Source: Leucoraja ocellata (Eukaryota). From it: a stretch of 64,000 nucleotides of DNA. The stretch's first letter is position 1, and every line of letters begins with the position of its first letter. Below the pieces are notes generated by a model. That model saw only the letters and a list, made by a program, of their open reading frames with translations, was not told the origin of the DNA and ran no database searches. Of this stretch, positions 24,865-37,206 are shown piece after piece. The stretch covers positions 558,001 through 622,000 of the forward strand of contig JAWMAR010000667.1 in assembly GCA_036785375.1 (NCBI GenBank). Direction: 5' to 3'. Made by a program: the position numbers and the translations under genes.

Positions 24865-25695
24865 GGCCTGAAGATATACACAAAAAGCTGGAGTAACTCA
24901 GAGGGACAGGCAGCATCTCTGGAGAGAAGGAAAGGGTGATGTTTCAGGTCAAGACCCTTCTTCAGACTCTTAATTTTGTTCTGCATGGGTGCAGGAGGTA
25001 GCACCGATGCACTCGTCAATGTAGCAGAGATAGAGTTCGGGGAGAGGCCCAGTGTACGCCTGGAACAGGGATTGTTTGACGTGCCCTACAAAGAGGCAGG
25101 CCTAGCAGTTGCCCATGCCAGTGCCCATAGCTTCGCCTTGGATTTGGAGGAAGTGGGAGGGGTCGAAGGAGAAGCTGTTGAGGGTAAGGACCAGCTCTGC
25201 TAGATTGAGGAGAGTATTAGTAGACGGAAATTGGCTGGTTCAGTGGTCGAGGAAGAAACGGAGGGCTTTAAGACCTTTCTGGTGGGGGATGGAGGTGTAG
25301 AGTGACTGGACCTCCATGGTAAAGGTGAGGGAGTGGGGGCCTGGAAAACGGAAGTCATTGAAGAGACAAAGAGGGTGTGAGGTGTCTTGGACGTAGGTAG
25401 GGAGGGATAAGTCCGGGGGGGGGGGGATATGATGGAGTTGAGGTATGTGGAAATTAACTTGGTGGGACAATACAAGCAGAAACAATGCGTCTGCCATTAC
25501 AGTTCTGTTTGTGGATTTTATTCTGTTATTTTCATTATTTTGTTCTTTGTACCTTTTCATGCCACTAGTTTCCCTTCCCCCTCGACGTTCAGTCTGAAGA
25601 AGGGTCTTGACCCGAAACGTCACCCATTCCTTTTCTCCAGAGATGCTGCCTGACACGCTGAGTTACTCCAGCTTTGTATGTCTATGCTCAGGACC
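24865..25695 (-). mobile_element. Penelope-like element remnant: RT fragment flanked by inverted hammerhead-bearing pseudo-LTR arms
   Basis: Minus strand 25475-24978 encodes LPTYVQDTSH...FTMEVQSLYTSIPHQKGLKALRFFLD and QGEAMGTGMG...LFVGHVKQSLFQ...LYLCYIDECIG (degenerate YIDD), typical of Penelope RT; arms 24865-24968 and 25591-25695 are inverted copies. Confidence 0.85.
25591..25624 (+). ncRNA. Minimal type I hammerhead ribozyme motif (best-preserved plus-strand copy)
   Basis: AGT-CTGAAGA-A-GGGTC-TT-GACCC-GAAACGTC-ACC: CUGANGA and GAAA cores, stem II, palindromic ACGU stem III, GUC triplet; stem I only 2 bp. Confidence 0.7.
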
Positions 25696-25889
25696 ATTTA
25701 TTTGTGATATGCATGGGATATGAACCGGAGCAATGAAATTCTTAATTGCTGCACATTAAATGCGGCAGAAGCAAAAATAAACATACGCCAAATATACACC
25801 AAATTACTGCAAGTAAATGAGAGCAAAGACACAAGTACATGGAACAACTGGTGTAGTGCAAAGTCCACAGTGGTTCGGTGCTGAGGTGG

Positions 25890-26197
25890 GGTTTAGGCTT
25901 AGGGATACAGCAGGAAAACCGGCCCTACGGCCCACCAAGTCTGTGCCGACAAGCGATCACCCCGTACACAAGCACTATCCTACACACTAGGGGCAATTTA
26001 CACTTATACCAAGCCACTTAACCTACAACCTGTACGTCTCTTGGAGTGTGGGTGGAAACCGGAGCACCCGGGGAAAGCCCACACGGTCACAGGGAGAACG
26101 TACAAAGTCCGTACAGACGGCATCCGTGGTAAGGATCGAACCTGGGTCTCTGGTGCCGTAAGGCAGCAACACTAACTGCTGTGCCACCTTGTCGCCC
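25890..26197 (-). mobile_element. HE1-type SINE
   Basis: Family match. Confidence 0.8.
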
Positions 26198-27099
26198 CTA
26201 AATGCTGAGGGCTGATGGTTAAAAAACCTTGTGGATTTTATCAAAGATGGATAGCAATAGTATCAAAAACTTGATGGACCAAAGTATGTTGTGGCGAGGG
26301 TTTTACAGTGGTTCCTGATGGTTACTGGGGAAAACGCTGATCCTGAATCTGGAGGTAATAATTCTCAGGCTCCTGCACAAGGCTCCTGTACCATCTTCCC
26401 GATGGTGGCAGCAACCAGGGTGTGTGGTGTGATCAGGCTGGTGTGTTTTTTGATGCTATTAGCTGCCGTATTTAGCGTTTCCTCAAGATTTCATCCATGT
26501 GTTTCTATATATATATATATTCTATATATATATATCTCAACCTCTCCCTTGTAAGTCACTGCATTTTACAATAGGTATAATAATCAAGTGAAATCAACAC
26601 TGGGCAAGACTCAAAGACTGAGATAGAAACCCATTACTGGTGGGGCAGGTGGTACAGGACAATTATTACCTCCAGGTTCAGAATCCTGAACCACCTCAAA
26701 ACTCCAACAATTGCCCTGTTGTGCCCCAGGGCGGCACGGTGGAGCAGCGGTAGAGTTGCTGCCTCACAGCGCTTGCGGGTTCAATCCCGACCACGGGTGT
26801 TGTCTGTGCAGAGTTTGTACGTTCTCTCCGTGACCACGTGGGTTTTCTCCGAGATTTTCGGAAAAAATCGTGTGAGCTGCGGAGAAGACTCTGTTCATTC
26901 CTTTGGACGGTGAAATCGGCCAGACATTCAGCTTAGCTCTTTAAGAGCAATTGTATAATGAAAACCGTGAGCAGGATTAAAGGCAAGTGTTTGAGATGAG
27001 AGGAAGATTCTTCCTCATTTTAGCTGTCCCTTGAGATTGATTATTGACATGCCTCCCCTACTGTTTTGTGAGTGCTGAGGTTGACAAATAAAACCAATG

Positions 27100-27540
27100 T
27101 AGGAACTACAAAAAAAAAGAGATGCAAAGTGCTGGAGTAACTCGGTGGGTCAGGCAGCAACTCTGGAGATTGTGGGTTGGTGACGTTTTGGATCAGGACA
27201 AATTTTCAGATTAATTGTATTGGGATGGGGGGGGGCGGGGGGGGGAAGATTACAAGAAGAGAGGTGGGGGCAGGACACAGTTTGGCAAATGATAGGTGGA
27301 TACAGGTGAAAGGGATTTCTAAAACAACAGACGGTTGGAGAAAGGCCAGAGATGAAAAGACAACTAGTGTGAGATAAGGACAGAAGGTGCGTGAATTGTG
27401 AAGCCGGAGGAAGGAAGGAAGGAAAGGCTGAAGGGGACAGGGAGGTATGGAAAAGGAAATGAAAGTAATGGGTGTGAATCTAGATGGGGCACAGGGAGGG
27501 GTGGAGGAGGGGTAAGTATGAGATAAGGGAGAACTGCAAA
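27100..27540 (-). mobile_element. Degenerate Penelope 3'UTR plus arm
   Basis: Arm motif GCTGGAGTAACTC...GGCAGCA followed by a purine-rich tract that resembles the reverse complement of 10800-11090. Confidence 0.55.
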
Positions 27541-27919
27541 CAATGATCGGTGGGACCACACTGTATGGTCTCTGGGGCCAACTAAAAAATATGATTTTTT
27601 TCTCTGAACTTTTTCAACACTGCTGGTTGGATTGGGAATTCCAAGAATTAAACTCTGTAACTATGAAGGAAATACAATATATCTTTCGCTCAGAATGATT
27701 TGTGACTCGGAGGAGAATCTGTGGGCAGTGACATTCTCTGTTGCCATCTGGTGTGGTCTCGGCAAAGGTCGTGTCGTTGAATGTCAAGAGTAGGTGGTTT
27801 TGGAGATGATTGTAGACTTGTATTGTACAAATATGACATTCCTCAATATTCCCTCTGTCTTCCTGGATCCAGACGTAGGCTGGTTAGTTTTCTGAGGAGC
27901 TACAACAGGAGATGAACTT

Positions 27920-28325
27920 CAGTTTAGTTTTAGAGTTTAGTTTAATTTAGTTTAGAGATACAGCGTGGAAACAGGCCCTTCGGCCCACCGAGTCCGCACT
28001 GACCAACGATCNNNNNNNNNNNNNNNNNNNNNNNNNNNNNNNNNNNNNNNNNNNNNNNNNNNNNNNNNNNNNNNNNNNNNNNNNNNNNNNNNNNNNNNNN
28101 NNNNNNNNNNNNNNNNNNNNNNNNNNNNNNNNNNNNNNNNNNNNNNNTTATACCATGCCAATTACCTTCAAAGCTGTACGTCTTTGGAGTGTGGGAGGAA
28201 ACCGAAGATCTCAGAGAAAAACCATCCATGTAGGTCAGGGGGGAGATGGTACAGACAAGGACCTGTAGTCAGGACTGGACCCGGGTCTCTGGTGCTGTAT
28301 GGCAGCAACTCTACCGCTGCAACAC
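27920..28325 (-). mobile_element. HE1-type SINE containing an N gap (28012-28147)
   Basis: Family match. Confidence 0.8.
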
Positions 28326-28764
28326 CTTGGAAGGAAAGTGACTGGTGGAAAATGGTTTGGTCTAAGTCACTGTTTTAAGGAACTTGAGGGTTTTCTCCAG
28401 GTGATCCAGGTTCCTCCCACACTCCAAAGACGTGCGTACGGAATGAGTATAATTGACCAATAATTGACCTAAATTGACTCCTAATTGGACTTGTATGACA
28501 CAAAAACACAAAGTACTGGAGGAACTCAGTGGGTCAGGCAACATCTGTGGAGGGAATGGCAGTTGACGCTGCGGGTCGGGACCCTCCTTCAGTCTCTGAC
28601 CTTCTTATACCCTGTAGGAACTGTAGAAGGAAAATAAACCATGCCTATGATTTGTGGATGAAAGCTTCACTATGTTTAATGATTGATTCATGCTCAGAGT
28701 TGCACTATATCAGTTAAGGAGCATTAAATTGGCCATCGCCCTCTGATTCTAGTTTTACTTGTGT

Positions 28765-29036
28765 ACGGCAGGGTGGCGCAGCGGTAGAATTGCTGCCTCA
28801 CAGCGCCAGAGACCTGGGTTCGATCCTGATCGCGGGTGTTGGCTGTACTGAGCTTTTATATTCCCAGTGACCATGTGGGTTTTCTCCGGGTGCTCCGGTC
28901 TCCTACCACACTTCAAAGACGTGCACGTTTGTAGGGTAATCGGCTTTGGTAAATTGTCCCTAGAGTGTAGGATAGAACTAGTGTACAGGTGATCATTGGT
29001 TAGCATGGACTCAGTGGGCCGAATAGCCTGTTTCCA
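28765..29036 (+). mobile_element. HE1-type SINE
   Basis: Family match. Confidence 0.8.
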
Positions 29037-29182
29037 TTTATCATTTGTCTGTTTTATATGTTAGGCCATTCGGCAGCGGAAACCTGTGCTGCAGCGCCAC
29101 CTGGTGCCTATACTAAGCACAGCAGAAAATGAAATGATTCGAGTAAAATCTAAAATGGATGGAATGGAATATTTTATAGTCA

Positions 29183-30258
29183 CATAGATAGGTGCAGGAG
29201 TAGGTCATTCAGTCGTTCGAGCCAGCACCGCCATTCAATGTGATCGCGGCTGATCATCCACAATCAGTACTCCATTCCTGCCTTCTCCCCAAATCCCTTG
29301 ATTCCACTAGCCCTAAGATCTCTATCTAACTCTCTTTAGAACGCATCAGTGAACCGGCCTCCACTGACTTCCGCAAATTCGCAATTCTCTACGTGAAAAA
29401 GTTTGTCCTCATCTCAGTTCTAAATGGCCTACCCCTTATTCTTAAAATGTGGCCCGTGGTTCTGGACTCCCCCAACACCAGGAACATGTTTCCTGCATCT
29501 AGCTGGACCAATCCCTTAATATTTTTATATGTTTCTATAAGATACCCTCTCATCCTTCTAAATTCCAGTGAATACAAGCCCAGTCACTCCATTCTTTCAT
29601 CATATGACAGTCCCGCCATTCCGGGAATTAACCTTGTAAACCTACACTGCGCTCCCTCAATAGCAAGAATATTCTTCCTCAAATTAGGAGATTTACGCCA
29701 GGTATTGTCTCACCAGGCCCTGTACAACTTCAGAAGGATCTCTTTGCTCCTATACTCAACTGCTTTCGTTATGATATATCATATCATTAGCTTTCTTCAC
29801 TGCCTGCTGTACCTATATGCTTACTTTCAGTGACTGATGAACAAGGACACCCAGGTCTCGTTGTACTTCCCCTTTTCCTAACCTGATACCATTCAGATAA
29901 CCATCAGAAGAAGGGTTTCGGCCCGAAACGTTGCCTATTTCCTTCGCTCCACCCGCTGAGTTTCTCCAGCTGCTGCACCCGCTGAGTTTCTCCAGCATTT
30001 TTGTGTACCTACCATTCAGATAATAATCTGCCTTCCCGTTCTTGCCTCCAAAGTGGATAACCTCACATTTACCCTCATTATACTGCATCTGCCATGCATC
30101 TGCCCGCTCACCCAACCTGTCCAAATCATTCTGCATCCTCATAGCATCCTCTTCACAGTTCACACTGCCGCCCAGCTTTGTGTCGCCAAATTTGCTAATG
30201 TTACTTTTAATTCCTTCATCCAATTCATTAATGCATATTGTAAATAGCTGCGGTCTGA
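29183..30258 (-). mobile_element. CR1 LINE fragment including RT C-terminal motifs
   Basis: PQLFTICINELDEGIKSNISKF-GDTKLGG...MQNDLDRL...KCEVIHFG, then the 3' region. Confidence 0.9.
29901..30009 (+). mobile_element. Subfamily B Penelope-derived arm inserted in a CR1 LINE, 14-bp TSD
   Basis: TACCATTCAGATAA at 29887-29900 and 30010-30023. Confidence 0.8.
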
Positions 30259-30339
30259 GGCACAGTGAAATTATTTGCTTGCATGCCCAATGTATACAAA
30301 CAGAAGCCACCTACGATGCTGACAAAGTTACATTACAAA

Positions 30340-30815
30340 GTATGCCGGCTGTCAAGCTGGAAAGGGTACAGAGAAGATTTACGAGGATGTTGCCAGGACT
30401 AGAGGGTCTCAGCTATATGGAGAGGTTGAGTAGGTTGGGACTCTATTCCTTGGAGCAAAATAGGATGAGGGGTGATTTTATAGGGGTGTATAAAATCATG
30501 AAAGGAATAGATCAGATAGATGCACAGAGTCTCTTGCCCAGAGTGGATGAATCGAGGACCAGAGGATATAGGTTTAAGGTGAAGGGGAAAAGATTTAATA
30601 CGAATCCGAGAGGTCACTTTTTCACACAAAGGGTGGTGGGTGTATGGAACAAGCTGCCAGAGGAGGTAGTTGAGGCTGGGACTATCCCAACGTTTAAGAA
30701 ACAGTTAGACAGACACATGGATGGGACAGATTTGGAGGGATATGGACAAAACACAGGCAGGTGGGACTAGTGTAGCTGGGACATGTTGGCCGGTGTGGGC
30801 AAGTTGGGCTGAAGG
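30340..30815 (+). mobile_element. CR1 LINE 3' fragment
   Basis: KLERVQRRFTRMLPGLEGLSYMERLSRLGLYSLE...FFTQRVVGVWNKLPEEVVEAGT. Confidence 0.9.
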
Positions 30816-31231
30816 GGTGTAAGCTACCCAAGCGATATATGATCTTTGTGCCCCTGCTTAGTCGTGCATTCTATGCACTTCTCTGCACTCCACCTTTTCC
30901 CATTAGTTTTTGGACGCAGATGAATCGGTGCTGTAAGGTTCATTGGAACCTGTTTTGCTTATTTGTGGCCAGAAGTTGAATGAAGTGACCAGCTACTGAC
31001 ACTGAAGGTGGTCAAAAATGTTGGAGAAACTCAGTGGGTGAGGCAGCATCTATGGAGCAAAGGAATAGATGCACCATTGTGCCACAGATTCAGATTTTTT
31101 TTAATTGGACTGGCATAAAAACCGACGTCAATTGGCTTTAGTAAGAAATCATCCCAAAGAATTTGGTCACAAAAAGCAAGATGACTGTGGTTGTTGCCTT
31201 AATTGAAGGAGTTCCTCGGGGCAGTATCCTA

Positions 31232-31465
31232 GGTGACCCTTCTTCAGACTGATGTGGGGGTGGGGTGAGGGTGGGGTGTGAAGAAGAAAGAAAGAGGCGG
31301 AGACAGTGGGCTGTGGGAGAGCTGGGAAGGGCAGGGGAAGGAGGGAGAAAGCAAGGACTACCTGAAATTGGAGAAGTCAATGTTCATACTGCTGGGGTTT
31401 AAACTACCCAAGCGAAATATGAGGTGCTGTTCCTCCAATTTGCAATGGGACTCACACTGGCCATG
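31232..31465 (-). mobile_element. Penelope-like element 3' fragment
   Basis: Minus strand encodes QCESHCKLEEQHLIFRLGSLNPSSMNIDFSNFR*, followed by UTR and CAGTCTGAAGAAGGGTC (truncated hammerhead). Confidence 0.8.
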
Positions 31466-32560
31466 GAATTTCTTTCTTAAACATTTCGGCTACTGGCACA
31501 AATGACTTTGAATTGCAGCTTCATGCCAACAGGGTGCAGCAAAACAACGCATCTGCATTGAGACGTTTAACGGAGTTAGCTAAATGGTCAGACACACCGT
31601 ATCTTTTTGGCAGTTTCCCTACCGTCTGCCAGTGAAAAAATCATTGTAACATTGAATTGATAATGTAATGATTTTTACTAGGCATTGAACATTGTTCCAG
31701 CTTGAAAGGACAGAAATTTATTTGAGGTTCTAAAGATATTTTGATGTTACTTTTATTATTCTAAGTCTCTTCACCTAATATCTGGAAAACGGTGTTCAAA
31801 TCATTCACTAAATATTTTGTTGTTGGAATTTAGTGGGGGGATTATAAGATCACCAGCTGTTTTCTGTTAGGCTATTAAATAATTGTCATTCATCAATAGT
31901 TTAAGGGATATAAGTAGCGAGGCGACTTCTCCATGTTCCTTGAGAACATTTCCAATAATTTGTATTTATACAATATTTTGTGCAGGAAATGGACAGAGAT
32001 CGGATGCTTAGTTTAGAGAGACAGCATGGAAACAGGCCATTTGGCCCACTGAGACTACCCTGACCATCCATCACCCATTCACGCTAGTTCCATGCTATCC
32101 CATTTTTGCATCCGTTTGCTACATACGGGGCAATTTCCAAAGGCCAATTAACCTAAAAAAAAACGCACATCTTTGGGAATATAGGAGGAAACCCACATGA
32201 TCGCAGGGAGAATGGTACATGGGACAATGAAAGACCTTGAACATTGAATCTTGACCTGATGAGTTCCTCCAGCACTTTGTTTCTATCTTTGGCATAAACC
32301 AGCATCTGCAGTTGGAATTCTTTCAACGATGAAGTATATAAAAGTAAAACTTTGTTTTCCTTTGGGTGAACTGCACAGATATGGTTTGGATCTTAAGACT
32401 ATTAACAATGTAATTTACTACATAAATGTACGTTAGTGTTTTACGACTGTTGGCAGACCAATTTCCCTCCTGAGATAAATAAAGTTCCATTGTGTGTTGT
32501 ATCGTTCTAAAAGTAGCGGACTAGTGTGAAAAGAGAGATACAGAGGTCCTTCAATCTATT

Positions 32561-32788
32561 ATACACACAAAACGCTGGAGTAACTCAGCAGGACAGGCAG
32601 CATCTCTGGAGAGAAAGAATGGGTGATGTTTCGGGTCGAGACCCTTCTTCCAAAGAAGGGTTTCGACCCAAAACCTAACCTATTCCTTCTCTCTAGAGAT
32701 GCTGCCTGTCCCGCATTTACTGTGTTACCCCAGCATTTTGTGTCTATCTTCGGTGTAAACCAGCATCTGCAGTCCCTTCCTGCACACT
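32561..32788. mobile_element. Palindromic Penelope-derived element, 12-bp TSD (1 mismatch)
   Basis: CTTCAATCTATT 32549-60 / CTTCGATCTATT 32789-800; two inverted arms. Confidence 0.75.
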
Positions 32789-33371
32789 CTTCGATCTATT
32801 GCCTGAGCAGGAATGTCTAAAACTTTGGTTTGGTAGTGCATGCGCATAGTAGCTGTGGGTTTAAAAAATACTGTGTTACTTATCCATTGACCGGTTTGAC
32901 ATTTAAAAGGAAGTCCCTGTGGCCTCAAGTCAAAACTATCTGATATCAAATAGATACATGCAAATGGGTAAATTCAATACGATATGATAGAGTTATATTT
33001 ATCACAGTAGAGACATTGTTCTGCCAACGGTCATAAAACACAACAAGATGCATGAAACATGAGATTAAAGTGACAAATGGAAAGTCCAGGGTTGGGGTGT
33101 GCAAAGATTGGGGCGGGAGGGAGGGGGGGGGGGGGAAGTCAGTCTGTGCTGCATCTTGGTGGGGCCAGTGTGTTGCTGAAGGTGTTGCTGACCAGGTGTG
33201 TCATGGAGGGGATGAGCTGTATCGTCCGAGATGCAATGGAGTTTGAGGAGCATCCTCCCCCACCAAGACCACCTCCCATGAATCCAACTCCACTCCCAGG
33301 ATGGAGTCAGCCCTCCTGATAATCCTGTTAATTCTGTTGCCGTTTGGGGCCAACTGTTGAACCTGAGCGAG

Positions 33372-33964
33372 TAGGGTTGCCAACTGTCCCATATTAGCCG
33401 GGACATCCGGTAAATTGGGCAAAATTGGCTTGTCCTATACGGGACCGCCCTTGTCCCGTATTTGACTGCTACTACTCGGGTTGAGCAGACTGTTGGGTCG
33501 GAGCGCCGCGTCCGGCCCCGCCTCACCCGTCCCGACGTAGTGCAGCCCATGGAGTGCAGCAGCAGCGCCTCGCCCGTGGCCCCGTCAGTCAGCAGCCTGG
33601 CCAGCTGTCCTACCTTTGGACCTCCGCTTACCGCCGACACCACCACCACCACCACCACCCCTCCTTCTCATGGCCGATCATCAGTTCATGAGTTGGATGG
33701 GACGCCGGACTTTGCGTGCAGCAGAACACAAAGCCCAGCCGGCAGGCCAGCTGAGGAGTTTTGGCCTGGACCGCGCAAAGTCCGGCGCCCGGGCCAAAAC
33801 CCCTCAGCTGGCCCGCCGGCTGGCCTTTGTGTGGAGTCCAGCACCCAGGCCAACTGCTCATTCACCCAGCCACGGCCGAGTCGGTCAACGAATTGCCGTC
33901 GGGAATTTGTCCCTTATTTTGACCTTTTGTCCCTTATTTGGGAGTGAGAACGTTGGCAACCCTA
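33372..33964. mobile_element. CpG-rich non-autonomous DNA transposon, hAT-like (TAGGGTTGCCAAC TIRs)
   Basis: Perfect TIR 33372-84 / 33952-64; subterminal TGTCCC repeats; no clear 8-bp TSD. Confidence 0.75.
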
Positions 33965-34589
33965 CTTTCCAGCTACCGTCTGCTATTTAATGCTGGCATT
34001 TACTAATATCATTGGTTATTTTGGGATTGTCCCTTTCCCATTTCCCAAGTGTTTAGATTTCCACGGACAACTCTCTTGACAGATGGCAGCAGGTGCTTGC
34101 CTGACCTCTTGTGGTTCTTTGTGTAAGAGCAGCTCCCCGTTTCAACTCGAGGCAGGGTGGCTCGATACTGTATGATAGAACTTTATTTATCCCAGGAGGG
34201 AAATTGATCTGCCAACAGTCATAAAAACACAAAATACATGAAACATGAAATTAAAATGATGTGGGTAAAGGGTTGAGGGATGTGCAAAGATTGGGGATGG
34301 GGGGTGAGGGGTGAGGGGAGTCAGTCTCAGTAAACACCACACAGAAGGGGTGGATTTGTAAAGCTTGATAGCCACAGGGAAGAAGGATCTCCAGTTAACC
34401 ACAGACCAACCCTGATTTTCCTTCGGAGTCCTCTGTGTCAACACATGGTCAACGAAACCAGCTTCATTGAACTACTGGTGTTAGCAGACAACCTGGTCAG
34501 GGTGTCCATTTCTGTAGAGAAACGCATCACAGTTCAATGATGTACAATTCGGAGGTGGACTTGTGGTGCTGACATCCCCACCATCCAAT

Positions 34590-34990
34590 GGATCGACAAG
34601 AGTCACAGCCTCAAATACGGCAGCCAGCATCATCCGAGACCCCCACCACCCTGGCAACAGACTTATGCCCCTCCTGCCATCGGGAAGGTACAGGAGCCTG
34701 AAAACTGTAATGTCCATGTTCAGGAACAGCTTCTTCGCTACAACCATCAGGCCCTTGAACACTCAACTAAATAAGCTCAGAACTATATAGTCTTGGCATT
34801 ATTTTTGACTTTGCACTATTATTGTTTGCTTATTTGGCTGCGTGTATATATGTGTGTATATATATGTATATTCCCCCCCCCCCCCCGTTTATTATGGGTG
34901 TTACAAAGTACTTGGAATACATCTCAGTTGTGCTGCTGCAAGTAAGAATTTCATTGTTCCATTAGGGACATATGACAACAAAACACTATC
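34590..34990 (+). mobile_element. Rex1/Babar-like LINE 3' fragment (related minus-strand pieces at 16715-17025, 32975-33370, 34165-34390, 58612-58815)
   Basis: AASIIRDPHHPGNRLMPLLPSGRYRSL...RNSFF..TIR.LN. Confidence 0.75.
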
Positions 34991-36219
34991 GACTGTAGGT
35001 TTGCTCTTCTGGGAGGCAGGCATTCCAATGAACTTAACAAACATGTTGGGTGTACAGTTGGTGTGATCTATGGCCAGCCTATGATTGAGTTTTCCTTCCA
35101 TCAATATGCTTCCAGACGACTGTTTTTGTGCATATTGTATATGCTCCTCTCCCTACCTTTGTGCTTGCACCTGTTACTCTGGTAGTACATACCTCTCTTA
35201 CTCACCCCTGTATTGTGCAGTGTCAGATATTGAAGATGTGCCTTTCAAGCAAACTTCAGTGATGTTTCAATTTGTAGAAACAAAGAACTGCAGATACTGG
35301 TTTGCCAATAAAAGTGCTGGGGTAACTCGGGTAAAGCATCTCTGGAGACCATGGATTGGTGACGTAACAGGTTGGCACTTACTCCACAGTCCCAGTGGAA
35401 GTGATGGCAAGGTCACTAAAATCATATTAATTGAAATTGAATTGAAATTTAAATAATGGATTTAATCTGAAGAAAGGTCCTTGCCCTAAACGTCACCAAT
35501 CCATGTTCTCCAGAGATACTGACTCGTTGAGTCACCCCACCACTCTGTTTCATCACCTCATTCTACACTTTCAGGGTCCCATTATGCCAGCAGGTGCACA
35601 GTCTTTCACCCAGAGGAGAGGAATCAAAAACTAGGGGACAAGAGGAGTTTAAGGTGAAAGGGGAAAGATTTAATTGGAATCTGAGGGGCAACTTTTTCTT
35701 ACTGAGGGTGGTGGGTCTATGGAATGAACTGCCAGAGGGGGTAGTTGTGGCAGATACAATAACATAAAAAACAACAAAAACATTTGGACAGGTACATGGA
35801 CTAAAACAGTTTAGAGGGATATGTGCCAAACACAGGCAGGTGGGACTACTGTAGATGGCGCAGCTTGGTTGGCATGGGCAGGTTGGGCCGAAGGGCCTGT
35901 ATTTCTCAGATTGCATAAATAAGAACTCTGGCATTCTAGTGGCGCATTCATCAAGCTTGACTTCGATAAGGCTTTGTGTAAATGTGCAGCTTAACTGAGC
36001 TGTCGACTAAATCCATAATTTCAATTCAAATGATTTTAGTGTCCTTGCCTAAACACTTCTACAGGGACCTTGGAGGAAAATAATGGTTGGTTGGTTGGTT
36101 GTGGGCTTACTGGAGCAATCATCCAGTCTGCTTGTCATCAGTGTTATCACTAAAAGCAGCTTTTGCCCACGGAATTAATTTTGTTCACCCTCTGGTAAAG
36201 GACATTGTAAAACCTTGAG

Positions 36220-36488
36220 GCTGGCACAGTGATGCAGCGTCAGAAACCGATTCAATCCTGACTGCGGGTGCTGTCTGTACGGAATTTGTACGTTCTCCTT
36301 ATGACCGCGTGGGTTTTCTGCGGGTGCTCCGGTTTTCTCCCACACTCCAAAGACGTGCAGGTTTGCAGGTTAATTGGCTATTGTAAATTGTCGTAAGTGT
36401 GTAGGGTAGAACTAGTGTATGGGTGATTGCCGGTATGGGCAGTGGGTCAAATGGCCACTTTCAACACTGTATCTAAACTAAACTAAAA
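36220..36488 (+). mobile_element. HE1-type SINE (partial copies also at 2806-2880, 3200-3300, 21140-21232, 26728-26860, 32008-32215, 36770-36935, 61650-61820)
   Basis: Family match. Confidence 0.75.
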
Positions 36489-36983
36489 CTGTTTCCATGT
36501 GCCCAGTGAACAACGGCACTAACCAAAAATGTGTACAAAGTAGAATTGCAGCTTCGGAACAGCACTCAATGCAAGAAAGATTGTAAACTCAATATAAATT
36601 TAAATGCTCTGCTGACGTATTACTGCACTGAAGACCATTTGATCCATCAAGTCCAAGCTGGGTCTCATCAGAGTAATTTTGTCAAAACTTGGCTTCCCTG
36701 TAACCTGACCTATTCTCACTCCAAGCTCATCCACTCCCCTTTCATTCATATTCCCACTTAGCAATCCAACGAGTACCAACACAGCCAATCTTTAGGATGG
36801 AGGGGGAAACTGGAATACTGGGGAGCGAGGGGGGGCCTAATGGTTACATTGGAAAAGGTGCAAACTCTGTACAAGCAGCAACCAGTCATTGGAGCTGTGA
36901 AGCAGCAGCTCTTTACTGCTGCACCACTGTGCCAAACTTATAACATGTTTAACAGAATGTACGGGTAACAGCATCAGGGACAT

Positions 36984-37206
36984 ACACACAAAATGAAGTA
37001 ACTCAGTGGAACGGGCAGCATCTCTGGATAGATGGAATGGGTGATGTTTCAGGTCAAGACTTCTTCAGACTGAAGACCGTCTGAAGGTCACAACCCGAAA
37101 CACCACCCATTCCTTCTATCCAGAGATGCTGCCTGTCCCGCTGAGTTACTCCATCATTTTGTGACTATCTTGGGTTAAATCAGCATCTGCAGTTCCTTCC
37201 TACACG
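36984..37206. mobile_element. Palindromic Penelope-derived element (older relatives at 35275-35550 and 39886-40005)
   Basis: Inverted arms GGCAGCATCTCTGGATAGA / TCTATCCAGAGATGCTGCC. Confidence 0.7.

Noticed and set aside
30042-30770. 242-aa ORF
   Set aside because: Chance fusion of an antisense CR1 fragment and a sense CR1 3' fragment.
33052-33990. ORFs of 124-197 aa
   Set aside because: They span a GC-rich TIR element and a Rex-like fragment, with no coherent domain or transposase motif.
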